Shown: positions 10,751 to 21,109 of the stretch, one piece after another
Layout: every line of letters begins with the position of its first letter
How positions within the stretch are numbered: position 1 is the first letter of the stretch
Source of the DNA: an uncultured delta proteobacterium
Lineage (GTDB): Bacteria; Myxococcota_A; Polyangia; Haliangiales; Haliangiaceae
DNA: 64,000 nucleotides
NCBI GenBank assembly: GCA_963848295.1
Contig: CAWKDB010000010.1
Location: forward strand, 1,312,001 to 1,376,000
Reading direction: 5' to 3'
Translations under genes and position numbers: made by a program
Notes under the pieces: model-generated
Seen by the model: only the letters and a program-made list of their open reading frames with translations
Database searches by the model: none
What the model was told of the DNA's origin: nothing

Positions 10751-12598
10751 TCACAACACCGAGCGCTCGAGCCGCAACACCTCGGCGAGCGACCACGCCT
10801 GAAACGGGCAGCCGCCGGCGGCGTGGGGCAGATCGCCATCGCAGACCTCGGGCACGTGGCCGACGAACCGCGCGCGCAGCGGCGCGACGAACCGCTCGCA
10901 CGCCTCGCGCTTGACCTCGGCGGTAGCGCCGCGCACGCGCACCCAGGCCTCGACGAACGGCCCGAGCAGCCACGGCCAAACCGTGCCCTGGTGATAGGCG
11001 CGATCGCGATCTGCGGGGCCGCCGATGTAACGCCCGCGATAGCGCGGATCGCGCGGCGACAACGTGCGCAGGCCGGCCGGAGTCAGCAGCTCGGCCTCGA
11101 CCGCATCGACGATCGCGCGCGCGCGCTCGCCGTCGACGAGTTGGAGCGGCAGGCCGCCGACCGCAAAGATCTGGTTCGGCCGAACGCTCGCATCGACCGG
11201 ACCGGCGACGTGATCGCAGTCGATCACGTCGAACAGCTGGCGCCGCGAGGGATCCCAGAACCTTGTCGCGAACGCGGCCCGGCCGCGATCGTAGAGCTCG
11301 CGCGATCGCGCGTTGCGAGCACCGGCGATCGCGAGCGCGTTGAGCCACAGCGCGTTGACCTCGACCGGCTTGCCGATCCGCGGCGTGATCACCTCATCGC
11401 CGAGCTTCGCGTCCATCCAGGTCAGCTGCACGCCGGGTTCGCCGGCGGCGAGCAAGCCATCGTCGGCCGCGGCGATGCGATGGCGCGTGCCCGCGGTGTA
11501 GCCGGCGACGATCGCGTCGATCGCGGCTTCCAGGCTCGTGCGATCGGCGGCGGCGACGTCGCCGTCGAGATAAGCGGCGGCGGCGATCACGAACCACAGC
11601 GCCGCGTCGACCGAGTTGAAGTGGGGCGCCGCGCCGTGCTCGGCGAAGCAGTTCGGCAGCATGCCGCCGTCGACGACGCGCGACCACGTCAATAAGATAG
11701 CTCTAGCATCGTCGCGGCGACCGGTCGCGAGCGCCAGCCCGCGCAAGGCGATGAACGTGTCGCGCCCCCAATCGCCGAACCACGGATAGCCCGCGATCAC
11801 GGTCTTGCCGGCGCCGCGAGCGACGACGAAAGCCGCGGCACACGTGTCGACTTGGCGCCGGCGCTGCGCTTCCGCCGCGAACGTGCGATCGACGAGGTCG
11901 CGCGCGTGGTCGGCTTCGATCGCGCCCGCCGCAAATGCGAGCGTCGCGGGCGCCGCGAGATCGAACGTGAAGCTGCCCGGCGTCGCCAGATCCTCGATCG
12001 AGTCGAGGCCGCGATCGCGCTCGGCGGCGAGCTCGAACCGGCGATACCAGTCCGGCGCGTGGTCGTAGCGCCCGTTCGCGATCGCGGCGATCGCGGGGAG
12101 CTCGGGATACGGCCGCCACGCGACATGCTCGCCCTCTACGTCCGCGCTGAAGTCGAAGCGCGCGTTCTCGTGATGCGTCGCATGAAAATCGCGACCGGCG
12201 AGCAACGGCCGAACCCACAGCGACGCCGGCCGCGCGCCGTCGTACGTCCAGCGCACCACGACGCGCGACGCCATCGCGAGCTCGCAGGTGACGCGCGCGC
12301 CGCCCGGGAGCTGCCAGCGCCAGGTCGGCCACGGCGTCGCGACAAATTCGGCGAGGTGGGTCGCGCCATCGGGATCGATCACTCCACCCGCGTAGCGATG
12401 CGCCGACAGCGCGAATCGCCCCGCCGGTGTCGTCACGAACACTTCGAGATCCGCGACGAGCACGACGCGACCACCTGGAGGCTCGGTCGCCGCGCACAAC
12501 AGCGCGTGATAACGCCGCGTCCGGATGCCGTCGGCCGTGCCCATCGCGAACCCGCCGAGCCCATCGGGCTCGAGCCACTCGCGCTCCGGTGCGATCAC
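10751..12598 (-). CDS. Glycogen debranching enzyme / amylo-alpha-1,6-glucosidase family
   Basis: [64 protein letters not shown] start overlaps upstream TGA. Confidence 0.92.
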   Translation of the reverse strand: MIAPEREWLEPDGLGGFAMGTADGIRTRRYHALLCAATEPPGGRVVLVADLEVFVTTPAGRFALSAHRYAGGVIDPDGATHLAEFVATPWPTWRWQLPGGARVTCELAMASRVVVRWTYDGARPASLWVRPLLAGRDFHATHHENARFDFSADVEGEHVAWRPYPELPAIAAIANGRYDHAPDWYRRFELAAERDRGLDSIEDLATPGSFTFDLAAPATLAFAAGAIEADHARDLVDRTFAAEAQRRRQVDTCAAAFVVARGAGKTVIAGYPWFGDWGRDTFIALRGLALATGRRDDARAILLTWSRVVDGGMLPNCFAEHGAAPHFNSVDAALWFVIAAAAYLDGDVAAADRTSLEAAIDAIVAGYTAGTRHRIAAADDGLLAAGEPGVQLTWMDAKLGDEVITPRIGKPVEVNALWLNALAIAGARNARSRELYDRGRAAFATRFWDPSRRQLFDVIDCDHVAGPVDASVRPNQIFAVGGLPLQLVDGERARAIVDAVEAELLTPAGLRTLSPRDPRYRGRYIGGPADRDRAYHQGTVWPWLLGPFVEAWVRVRGATAEVKREACERFVAPLRARFVGHVPEVCDGDLPHAAGGCPFQAWSLAEVLRLERSVL

Positions 12599-15242
12599 TT
12601 GCCGATCCGCGCCGCGGCGACGCGCTCGACGAGGTTCGCGGCGAGCGCGGTCCACCCGGTCTGGTGACTCGCACCGAGCCCGCGGCCGTCGTCGCCGTCG
12701 AAGTACTCGTAGAACAGGACGAGTTCCTTGAACGCGGGGTCGTCCGCGTAGCGCTTGCTCTCGCCGTGGCACGGCCTGCGCCCGCGCGCGTCGGCAGTGA
12801 ACAACCCGACGAGCCGGCGCTCGAGCTCGCCCGCGACCTCCGCGAGCGTCATCATGGTTTGCGAGCCGGTCGGGCACGCGACCTTGAGCTCGTCGCCGTA
12901 GTAGTGGTGATAGCGCTTGAGCGCCTCGATCAGCAGGTAGTTGACCGGGAACCACACCGGGCCGCGCCAGTTCGAGTTGCCGCCGAACAGGCCGCTGTCC
13001 GATTCGCCGGGGGTGTAGTGGACCTCGAACTCCTCGCCAGCGAGCGGCAGCACGAACGGATGGTCCTTGTGATAGCGCGACAACGAGCGCACGCCGTACG
13101 GCGACAACAGCTCGGTCTCGTCGAGCATGTAGCGCAAGACGCGCTCGAGCCGCTCGCGATTCGGCACCGCGAGCAAGCGATGGTGTCGATCGACGTCGAG
13201 GTGCATCGAGATCGAGCGCGCGAGCTTCGGACGGTTCGCGAAGAACCAGTTGAGCCGGTCGGCGAACACCGGCAGCTGTTGGAGGTGCTCGTCGTCGAGC
13301 GACGCCGCGGCGAACAACGGCACGAGCCCGACCATCGAGCGAATCCTCAGCGCGCGGATCTCGCCATCGGGCGAGCGCACCTGATCGTAGTAGAAGCCGT
13401 CGCCATCGTTCCACAAGCCGCGCCCACCGAGCTCGTTCGCCGCCTTCGCGATGCCGACGAAGTGCTCGAAGAACTTCAGCGCGAGATCGGCGTACGGCAT
13501 TCTCGGTCTTCGCGAGCTCGAGCGCCATCTGCAGCATCGTCGTGCAATAGAACGCCATCCACGCCGTGGCATCCGCCTGCACGAGCTCGCCGCCGCCGGG
13601 CAGCGGCTTGCTGCGATCGAACACGCCGATGTTGTCGAGGCCGAGGAAGCCTCCGGTGAATAGGTTCTCGCCCTCGACGTCCTCGCGATTGACCCACCAC
13701 GTGAAGTTGATGAGGCACTTGTCGAACGCCCGCTCGAGGAACTCGCGGTCGTAACCGAACCCGGCTTCGGCGGCGAGCTCGTACACGCGCCACACCGCCC
13801 ACGCGTGGACCGGCGGGTTGACATCGCTGAACGCGAACTCGTACGCGGGCAGCTGCGCCGTTCGGATGTACGTACCATTCGCGGCACAGCAGCACGAGCT
13901 GGTACTTCGCGAATTCGGGATCGAAGCGCGCCATCGCGACGCAGTGAAATGCCAGATCCCAGGCGGCGAACCACGGGTACTCCCATGCGTCGGGCATCGA
14001 GATGATGTCGCGCGCCCACAGATGCTGCCAGCTGCGATTGCGACCGTGCTTGCGCGCCTCGGGAGGCGCGGGCTGCGCCGGATCGCCGTCGAGCCAGTGC
14101 TCGACGATGTAGTGATAGAACTGGCGCGACCACACGAGGCCAGCGTCCGCCTGGCGGACGATCGCGCGTTCGTCGTCGGTCATCGGCGTGTTGCGCACGA
14201 CGCGGTGGTAGTGGTCGGATTCCGCGATCCGCTTCGCGAACAGCGCGTCGTGATCCGCGAACGGCGCGGCATTCGTCCCGTCGGGCGCGAGCCGCAACCT
14301 GATCACGCGCGATTGTCCCGCCGGGACGGCGAGCACGTACCAGGCCGCGCACTTCGTCCCGCTCCCGGTGCGCGCGATCGCGGCACCTTCACCGTTGACG
14401 ACGCGGCGATGGAATGCGTCCTTGACGTGCGCGCTCGGGTTCGGGACCCCGAACAACCGTTCCGAGTTCGTCTCGTTATCGGTGAACAACAGCTCGGGCT
14501 TGCCTTCGCAATCGAGGCGGTAGTGGCCGAGCGTCGGCTGCTCGATCCGCACGCTCGCCTCCCCCACGCGCGACAGCTGGCCCTTCGGGTCGTAACCTTC
14601 GCCGGTGCGGCCCCAGCTCCACGTGTTGCGCAGCCACGCGGTCGGCAACAGATGCAGCGTCGCCGCCTCGGGCCCGCGATTCGCGATCGTGATGCGCACG
14701 AGGATGTCGTCCACGCCCGCCTTCGCGTACTCGGCCGTGACGTCCCAGTAGCCGCGATCGAACACGCCGGTGTCCTCGAGCTCGAGCTCGCGGTCGCCCT
14801 TGCCGCGCTTGGCGTTATCGGCGACGAGTCGATCGTACGGAAACGCAGCCTGCGGGTACTTGTAGAGCGCCTTCAAGTACGACGCGGTCGGCGTCGCCTC
14901 GAGGTAGTAGTAGAGCTCTTTGACATCCTCGCCGTGGTTGCCTTCAGGACCGGTCAGGCCGAACAAGCGCTCTTTGAGGATCGGATCCACGCCGTTCCAC
15001 AGCGCCAACGAGAAGCACACGCGACACTCGCGATCGCAGATGCCGAGCAAGCCGTCCTCACCCCAGCGATACGCGCGGCTGCGCGCATGATCGTGCGGCA
15101 GGTAGTTCCAGCAGTCGCCGGTCTCCGAGTAGTCCTCGCGCACCGTGCCCCATTGGCGCTCGGCGAGGTAAGGCCCCCAGCGCCGCCAGTTGCGGATCCG
15201 GCGCGCGTCTTCATCGAGCCGCGTGCGCTCCGGATCGGTCAT
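12595..15242 (-). pseudogene. GH63-like (MGH1-like) glucosidase with two frameshifts (near 13856 and 13497)
   Basis: [74 protein letters not shown] spread over three frames. Confidence 0.85.
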
Positions 15243-15318
15243 GCCAGCGGACGTTACCGCCGAAAATCAGAAAGCCACAGCGCGAACGCCGTGGCTTTAT
15301 CGCGAGGTTCGCGGTGGC

Positions 15319-16140
15319 TCAGTGCATCTGGCCCCAGCCCTGCTCGATCCACTCGCTCGCGACCTGGAGGTGCTTCAGCGCGCGGTTGCGCAGACCCCTC
15401 GAGAACTTCTCGTCCTCGTGCTGGTTGATGTCCGCGTACGCACTCGCGAGCGCGTCGTGGGCGCGATGCAGCCGGCTGCCCCACTCCATCTTGACGTCGA
15501 CGCCCGGATGATCGTCGAGGTTCTTGCCGTCGTCGATCGAGGCCGTCTTGATCTCCTTGATCGCGGCATCGATCTCGCGGATCGCGCGCTTCTCGTCCCA
15601 CTTCACCGCGCTGCCGGCCGGCCGCTCGAGCCAGGCGCGCGCGTTGCGCAGATCAGACAGCGCGTGGAGATACGCCGGGTGGTCGCCGGTCGGCGCCGGC
15701 TCGTGCGCGATCTCGATCATGCCCTTGCGGACGTGGTCCATGGCGGCCTGGATGTGCTGGAGCGCGCGGTTGCGCAGGCCCTTCGCGAACCGGTCGTCCT
15801 CGTGCTGATGGATGTCGGAGTACGCCGCCGACAGCAGCTCGTTCGCGTGTCGCAGGCGACCGCCCCAATCGAGCGCGACATCGACCGCGACGTGATCGCC
15901 GATATCCTTGCCATCGTCGATCGACGCCTTCTTGATCTCCTTGATCGCCGCATCGATCTCGTCGACCGCGACCTGCTCGTTCCAGTTTGCTTTCGGCGCG
16001 TTGGTCGGGCGCTCGAGATGAGCGCGCGCATCGCGCAGGTCCGACAGCGCATGCAGGTAGGCCGGGTGAGCGGCGTAAGCGGTGGAACCGTACGCGACGA
16101 TCGCGACGGCGACGGCGACGAACATGGAAAGCGTCTTCAT
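15319..16140 (-). CDS. Secreted His-rich helical protein with two tandem repeats (129-aa period)
   Basis: Signal peptide; HPAYLHALSDLRxARAxLERP...EIDAAIKEIK.ASIDDGK...HEDxxF..GLRNRAL.H occurs twice. Confidence 0.8.
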   Translation of the reverse strand: MKTLSMFVAVAVAIVAYGSTAYAAHPAYLHALSDLRDARAHLERPTNAPKANWNEQVAVDEIDAAIKEIKKASIDDGKDIGDHVAVDVALDWGGRLRHANELLSAAYSDIHQHEDDRFAKGLRNRALQHIQAAMDHVRKGMIEIAHEPAPTGDHPAYLHALSDLRNARAWLERPAGSAVKWDEKRAIREIDAAIKEIKTASIDDGKNLDDHPGVDVKMEWGSRLHRAHDALASAYADINQHEDEKFSRGLRNRALKHLQVASEWIEQGWGQMH

Positions 16141-16263
16141 CAACATCTCCTTGAGGTTGGCGGGAACGTCGTGCGCAACCCCGGCGGGGTCAAGGGCGGT
16201 GCCGCAGATTCGTGGTCCCTTGCGATCTGAAACCGTGCCGACGAGCCGGTGTCTATCCGTGCG

Positions 16264-18213
16264 ATGCGGTTTCTCGCGATCATCGCTGCGCTATGGCCGG
16301 GCGGGATCGCCGCGGCCGACCACCTGCGCGCGACCCGCGAACAGCCGATCGTCGAGGTCGCGCACGAGGTCGACGTCTCGATCGAAGACGGGGTCGCGCA
16401 CTTTCGCGTCCGGCGCAGCTTCGAGAACACCGGCTCGATCCCCGATGAAGCGAGGCTCGCGATCACGGTTCCGGCTGGAGCGATCGCCTCCGGCCTCCGG
16501 GTCTGGGCGCACGGCCGATGGTTCGACGCCGAGCTGATGGAGAACGCTGCGGCCGAGGCGCGCTACGCGGACGCTCCGCCGCACTCGCCCGTCGCCACGC
16601 CCGTGCTGCTCGAGTCGTTCGACACCGGCGACCTGTTGCTCGCGCTATTCCCGGTCGCTCCCCGTCGGGTCGCGACGGTCGAATACACGCTGATCGCCCC
16701 GACCGACTATCACGACGGCGCGTATCACCTGGGCTACCCGCAGCGCGAACAAGGCGGGCTACCGCTCGTCGAACCGGTCGTGCGGGTCGCCGGCCAACGG
16801 GTCCATGCGGTCCCCGGGCAAGGCTCGACCCCGCCGGGCAGCGTCGCCGCAGGGCAACGCGGTGGGATCACCTCGCTCGTAATTCCGCCGCCGCCGATCG
16901 CGGTGCTGACCGCGCGCCTGGGCATCGCGAAGGCCTCTCGCGAGCATTCGCTCGTGCGGTTCGAGATCGACGCCGAGCCCGAGCTCGCGCCGCTGCCGGT
17001 CCGGCCGCAGGTCGTGTTCGTCGTCGACCCGTCGTACTCCATGGACCTGCACGGCGCTGATGCGATCGCGGCGCAGCTCCAAGTAGTCCGCGCGTATCTC
17101 GGCCACGTGCCCGACGCGAGCGTCGAGCTCGTCGCGGTACGCCGTCGCGCCGAGCGCGTGTTCGGCAAGTTCGTCGCGGCGAGCAACTTCGAAGCCGAGC
17201 TCCGCGACGCGCAGCGCCGGGGCGCGTTCGCTCGGGGCAACGGCAGCGCGATCGATGCCGGCGCACGACTCGCCGGTGAGGCGCTCGCGGATCGCGCGGG
17301 ACCGCGCCGGATCGTGATCCTCACCGATGGCCTCGTTCGCTCGTCGTTGACCGCGCGCGACGTCGCGACGGTGCTCGACCGCCTGCCGGCTGACGTCGTC
17401 GTTCACGTCGTCGTGCTCGACGAGAGCAACGGCATGCCGCTCGACCTCGAGCGCGACGACGACGCGCTGCTCGCACCGCTCGCGACCGACCACCGCGGGA
17501 TCTATGCGAGGTACGACGCACTCGACCCGCACACGGCCTCCGAGCTCGCGCCCTCGGCGCTCGGGCTCGTGCGGCCGACCCGGATCGACGAGCTCGCGGC
17601 TCCCGGCTTGGCGATCGACAACCCGGAGCTCGACGAGGGCATGGGGCTCCGACTCACCGCGACGATGGCGACCCCGCCGACTCGGACGGTCATCAGCGGC
17701 AAGCTGTGGGACGAGCCGGTCCGGCTCGCGATCACGGCGTCGCCCGCGTTCTCGCGTACGACCGCGGCACTCGCGCCCGACACCGACGACTACGACCGGC
17801 TCGATCACGACGAGCAGCTCCGGATCGCGCTCGCCGGCGGCGCGGTCTCGCCGCTCACCGCGCTCGTCGCGTCCGATCCCGGCGAGCACCCGCCGGTGAC
17901 TGGCCAGGCTGGGCCCGCGGGCCCGGGGCGGCGGTTCGGCCGACGCTCCGCGGTGCCGAGCGTGTCGATCGGGGCCGTGCACCGCCCGTTGCGAGTGCTC
18001 CTCGATCCATCGGCGTGTGTCGCGAGAGCACGGCCGCCCGCGGGCTGGCACGTCACGCTCCAAGTCGAATCGACTCGCGACGAGATCGTCGACGTCAGGG
18101 CGCGTGGACCGGAGAGCCCGCTCACCGCGTGCCTCGTCGAAGCGATGTGGGCGGTGCGACTCCCGCCGTCGTTCACGGACGAGCACGAGCAGCACCTGGT
18201 GTCGCTGCCGTAG
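16264..18213 (+). CDS. Secreted VIT + vWA domain protein
   Basis: Signal peptide, VIT-like N-terminus (VRRSFEN...EARL), MIDAS DPSYS, IVILTDG. Confidence 0.75.
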   Translation: MRFLAIIAALWPGGIAAADHLRATREQPIVEVAHEVDVSIEDGVAHFRVRRSFENTGSIPDEARLAITVPAGAIASGLRVWAHGRWFDAELMENAAAEARYADAPPHSPVATPVLLESFDTGDLLLALFPVAPRRVATVEYTLIAPTDYHDGAYHLGYPQREQGGLPLVEPVVRVAGQRVHAVPGQGSTPPGSVAAGQRGGITSLVIPPPPIAVLTARLGIAKASREHSLVRFEIDAEPELAPLPVRPQVVFVVDPSYSMDLHGADAIAAQLQVVRAYLGHVPDASVELVAVRRRAERVFGKFVAASNFEAELRDAQRRGAFARGNGSAIDAGARLAGEALADRAGPRRIVILTDGLVRSSLTARDVATVLDRLPADVVVHVVVLDESNGMPLDLERDDDALLAPLATDHRGIYARYDALDPHTASELAPSALGLVRPTRIDELAAPGLAIDNPELDEGMGLRLTATMATPPTRTVISGKLWDEPVRLAITASPAFSRTTAALAPDTDDYDRLDHDEQLRIALAGGAVSPLTALVASDPGEHPPVTGQAGPAGPGRRFGRRSAVPSVSIGAVHRPLRVLLDPSACVARARPPAGWHVTLQVESTRDEIVDVRARGPESPLTACLVEAMWAVRLPPSFTDEHEQHLVSLP

Positions 18214-18216
18214 AGG

Positions 18217-18987
18217 CTACCGGCGCAGGGTGTGAGCGCGCGCGAGCTCGGACTGATGTGCGACCGCGGCCCACTCGATGCGCTGCGGCGACGCGAGCCC
18301 GAGCGTGACGATCGCGGTCGACAGCAACACGCCCATCGAGCGCTGGTAGGCTTGCGCGGCGCGCAGCCGATCCGGCGTGAGGATCCCTGCCGAGATCAGA
18401 TAGTCGGCGAACCCCGGTAGCTCGGGGACCGGACCGCGAGGCGCCGATGTGGGTTTCGGGTGTGGCGTAGGTGAAAGCGCCGCAGGCTCGGTCAGCGTGC
18501 TGCGTGGAAACGGCGTCGTGCTCGCATCCTCGTCGGGGGGTTGCGTGCCGAGCGCGATCCGCCCGGACTTGCGAGTAAGAGTGCGACCAGCCGCGGCAGC
18601 GGGTGCCGGGAGTATGTGTGCCACCGCGGCTGGTCCAGAGGGGGCGTCCACGATCGCGAGCCAATCGCTCGCTTCGTTATCGCCAGGATCGAGGCGCAGC
18701 GCCTCGCGAAAAAAGATCGCAGCGGAATCGTGCTCGCCGCGGCGCGCCGCGAGCTGGCCGAGCAAGCGATACGCGATCGCCCGGTGTGGCTCGAGCCGGA
18801 TGACATCGCGGAGATCGGCTTGCGCCTCGAGGTCGCGGCGAAGGCCGATCCGAGCCCGAGCCCTCAGCAACAGCAGCTCGACGCACTCCGGGTCCTGCTC
18901 GAGGGCATCGCTGACGACCGCGACCACGCCGGGGAACTGGCGCGCCAGGAACAGCTCGGTCGCCGACGCGATGATGCCGCGGTCCAC
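18217..18987 (-). CDS. TPR protein with C-terminal degenerate MshEN/T2SSE_N-like domain
   Basis: TPR repeats (AYRLLGQLAARRGEHDSAAIFFREALRLDP), Pro-rich linker, FADYLISAGILTPDRLRAAQAYQ. Confidence 0.65.
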   Translation of the reverse strand: MDRGIIASATELFLARQFPGVVAVVSDALEQDPECVELLLLRARARIGLRRDLEAQADLRDVIRLEPHRAIAYRLLGQLAARRGEHDSAAIFFREALRLDPGDNEASDWLAIVDAPSGPAAVAHILPAPAAAAGRTLTRKSGRIALGTQPPDEDASTTPFPRSTLTEPAALSPTPHPKPTSAPRGPVPELPGFADYLISAGILTPDRLRAAQAYQRSMGVLLSTAIVTLGLASPQRIEWAAVAHQSELARAHTLRR

Positions 18988-19000
18988 GTCCGTACAAAAC

Positions 19001-19043
19001 AGCAAGCGACGGGCCACCGCCGCCCAGACCCAAGTCGTTGCAA
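19001..19043 (-). promoter_or_regulatory. Putative sigma54 promoter with upstream IHF-like site
   Basis: TGGCCCGTCGCTTGCT at 19016-19001; TTGCAACGACTTG at 19043-19031 (2 mismatches to WATCAANNNNTTR), about -41 to -53. Confidence 0.6.
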
Positions 19044-19142
19044 CCATTGAAAATCTGCATGTCCCCAACCGGTGTGCGAGGGCCCCAGTCGGGGCCGCTC
19101 GTCCCTGTGGCACGCTGACACCAGCGCCGGCATACTTCGATC

Positions 19143-20105
19143 GTGAAGCGGCTCGCGCTGGCAGTCACGCTGCTGCTCGCCGGCGGAGAAACCGCGCGCG
19201 CCGACGACGACTTCTGGCTCGACGTCATCACGCCACATCACAAAGAGATCGACCAGCTCGTGACGAAGGCCGACACCACGGTCACCGCCGCCGATGCCGC
19301 GATCGCCGCCGGTGGCATCGAGTGGGCCCACGACGAGCTGCGCACGGCGTTCGGCGCGATGACCTACGCGCGCTCGCTCGCACCCGACGACATCGACGTG
19401 CTCGCCGCCTATGCCGCGGTCAGCGACCGACTCGGCCGCACCGACGACGCGGTCGCGGCGTTGCAGCGCGCGCTCACCGTGGGCGGCGCCGATGGCGTGC
19501 CGCCGTCGGTCACCGGGCAGCTCGGGACGATCTATCTCCGGCGCGGGCAACTCGACGATGCGATCCACTACCTCGAGCTCGCGCAGGGCGGGAACGACGA
19601 AGACGACGCTCGGTACACGATCGCGCTGTCGAACGCCCTCGCGCAACGGGGTCGCTCGCGTGAAGCGACCGACGTCCTGCTCGACTCGGTCCCGCCCGAT
19701 TTTTCTTCTTCGCCGACGACCGGAGGCACGATGGTCGAGCTCGCGCTCGCCGTGCGCTACGATCGCATCGAGCAGCGCAGCGACGCGTTCGAGACGATCG
19801 ATCGAATCGCGACTGCGATGCAGGGCCAAGAGCTGTTGGAGTATCTGGACAGCGCGCTCGGCGCGATGCGATTCGCCCCCGCCGCCGACCGGCACTACTA
19901 TCTCGGCATGGTCTACGAGGTCACCGGCTTCGGGCTCGAAGCGCGCGCCGAGTTCGCGCTCTACGCGGCGACCGCGGGCGCGCCTTATCGCAAGCGCGCG
20001 CTCGACCACATCGCCGCGCTCGATCGGGTGTCGCGCGCGGCCGCGATCGCACCACCGCCGGTCGATCCGAGCCTCAGCCTCAGTCCGCCGCTGGTGCTGC
20101 CGTGA
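19143..20105 (+). CDS. Secreted TPR protein
   Basis: Signal peptide, TPR motifs (LGTIYLRRGQLDDAIHYLE). Confidence 0.75.
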   Translation: MKRLALAVTLLLAGGETARADDDFWLDVITPHHKEIDQLVTKADTTVTAADAAIAAGGIEWAHDELRTAFGAMTYARSLAPDDIDVLAAYAAVSDRLGRTDDAVAALQRALTVGGADGVPPSVTGQLGTIYLRRGQLDDAIHYLELAQGGNDEDDARYTIALSNALAQRGRSREATDVLLDSVPPDFSSSPTTGGTMVELALAVRYDRIEQRSDAFETIDRIATAMQGQELLEYLDSALGAMRFAPAADRHYYLGMVYEVTGFGLEARAEFALYAATAGAPYRKRALDHIAALDRVSRAAAIAPPPVDPSLSLSPPLVLP

Positions 20106-21109
20106 AGTGGGCCGTGCTCGCGCTGCTGATCGCGACGACCGCGCACGCGAACATCTGGACCGACGCGACGAAGTCCGACACGAGCCGCGAGCTCTACGAC
20201 CACGAGATGGCCGCCGGCGACGAGCTCGCGCGCGACGCGAACTCGCAGACGATCAGCCCGGTCGAGGTCGGCCGGTTCATCGCGAGCTCGATCAAGGCGT
20301 ATCGCGCCGCGGCGCAGGCCCGCCCCGAGGCAGGCGAGCCGTACTTCCGGATCGGCCGGCTGCTGTACTCGTTCTACTTCGAGTGCGATTCGTTCAGCGC
20401 GCAACTCCAGCACCCGCCGCTCACCGGCTGCCCCGAGGAGAGCGGCATGGATCTGTTCCACCCCGAGCAGGCGCAGCAGATCATCGATGCGTGGGATGCG
20501 TTCGAGGCGCGCGCACCACTCGACCCCAGACTCGGGGCGCTCGACGACAGCGTGCTGTTTCGCCGGGCGATCCTCCACACGAAGTTTGCGACCCGCGATC
20601 ACCTCGAGCACGCAGCCCACGACTACGAAGAGATCCTGGCGTTGTCCGATCCCGCCGACCAGGTCGACACGGTGGTCAACAACCTCGCAGAGACCTACAT
20701 GATGCTCGATCGGCTCGACGAGTCGATCGCGACGTATGGCGAGGCGCTGCGCCGATCGCCGCGGCCGGAGGCCTCGCTCGGGCTCGCGGTCGCGCTCGAT
20801 CGCGCCGGTCGGGTCGACGACGCACGCGAGGAGATCCTGTCGATCGGGATCGAAGGGATCCAGGAGTTCGTCCACAGCGTCGAGCGCCACGACACGTTCT
20901 TCGTGCCCGAAGGCGAGAAGTTCTACTACTTCGCGTTGATCGCGGAAGCGACCGGGGGCTACGACCGGGCGATCGGACTGTGGCGCGAGTACATCCAATC
21001 GGGCGCGCATCCCGAGTTCCAGCCGCGCGCAAGACAGCACATCACGACGCTGCTCGCGACGCCGAAGACGCCCCCGCGCGACCCGCCGTATCGCGAGGTC
21101 CCTCCGTGA
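20102..21109 (+). CDS. Secreted TPR protein
   Basis: Signal peptide, NNLAETYMMLDRLDESIATYGEAL; GTGA overlap with previous gene. Confidence 0.75.
   Translation: MKWAVLALLIATTAHANIWTDATKSDTSRELYDHEMAAGDELARDANSQTISPVEVGRFIASSIKAYRAAAQARPEAGEPYFRIGRLLYSFYFECDSFSAQLQHPPLTGCPEESGMDLFHPEQAQQIIDAWDAFEARAPLDPRLGALDDSVLFRRAILHTKFATRDHLEHAAHDYEEILALSDPADQVDTVVNNLAETYMMLDRLDESIATYGEALRRSPRPEASLGLAVALDRAGRVDDAREEILSIGIEGIQEFVHSVERHDTFFVPEGEKFYYFALIAEATGGYDRAIGLWREYIQSGAHPEFQPRARQHITTLLATPKTPPRDPPYREVPP

Noticed and set aside
10751..13795. 1014-aa glucosidase-debranching enzyme fusion in the ORF track
   Set aside because: Artefact of the frameshift near 13497; the debranching gene has its own GTG at 12598 overlapping the upstream stop
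13490..13860. Programmed ribosomal frameshifting in the glucosidase gene
   Set aside because: No slippery sequence seen; two shifts would be needed; error or decay is simpler
16190..16206. Fourth sigma54 promoter (CGGCACCGCCCTTGA, minus strand)
   Set aside because: The -12 element reads GA rather than GC; too weak to call
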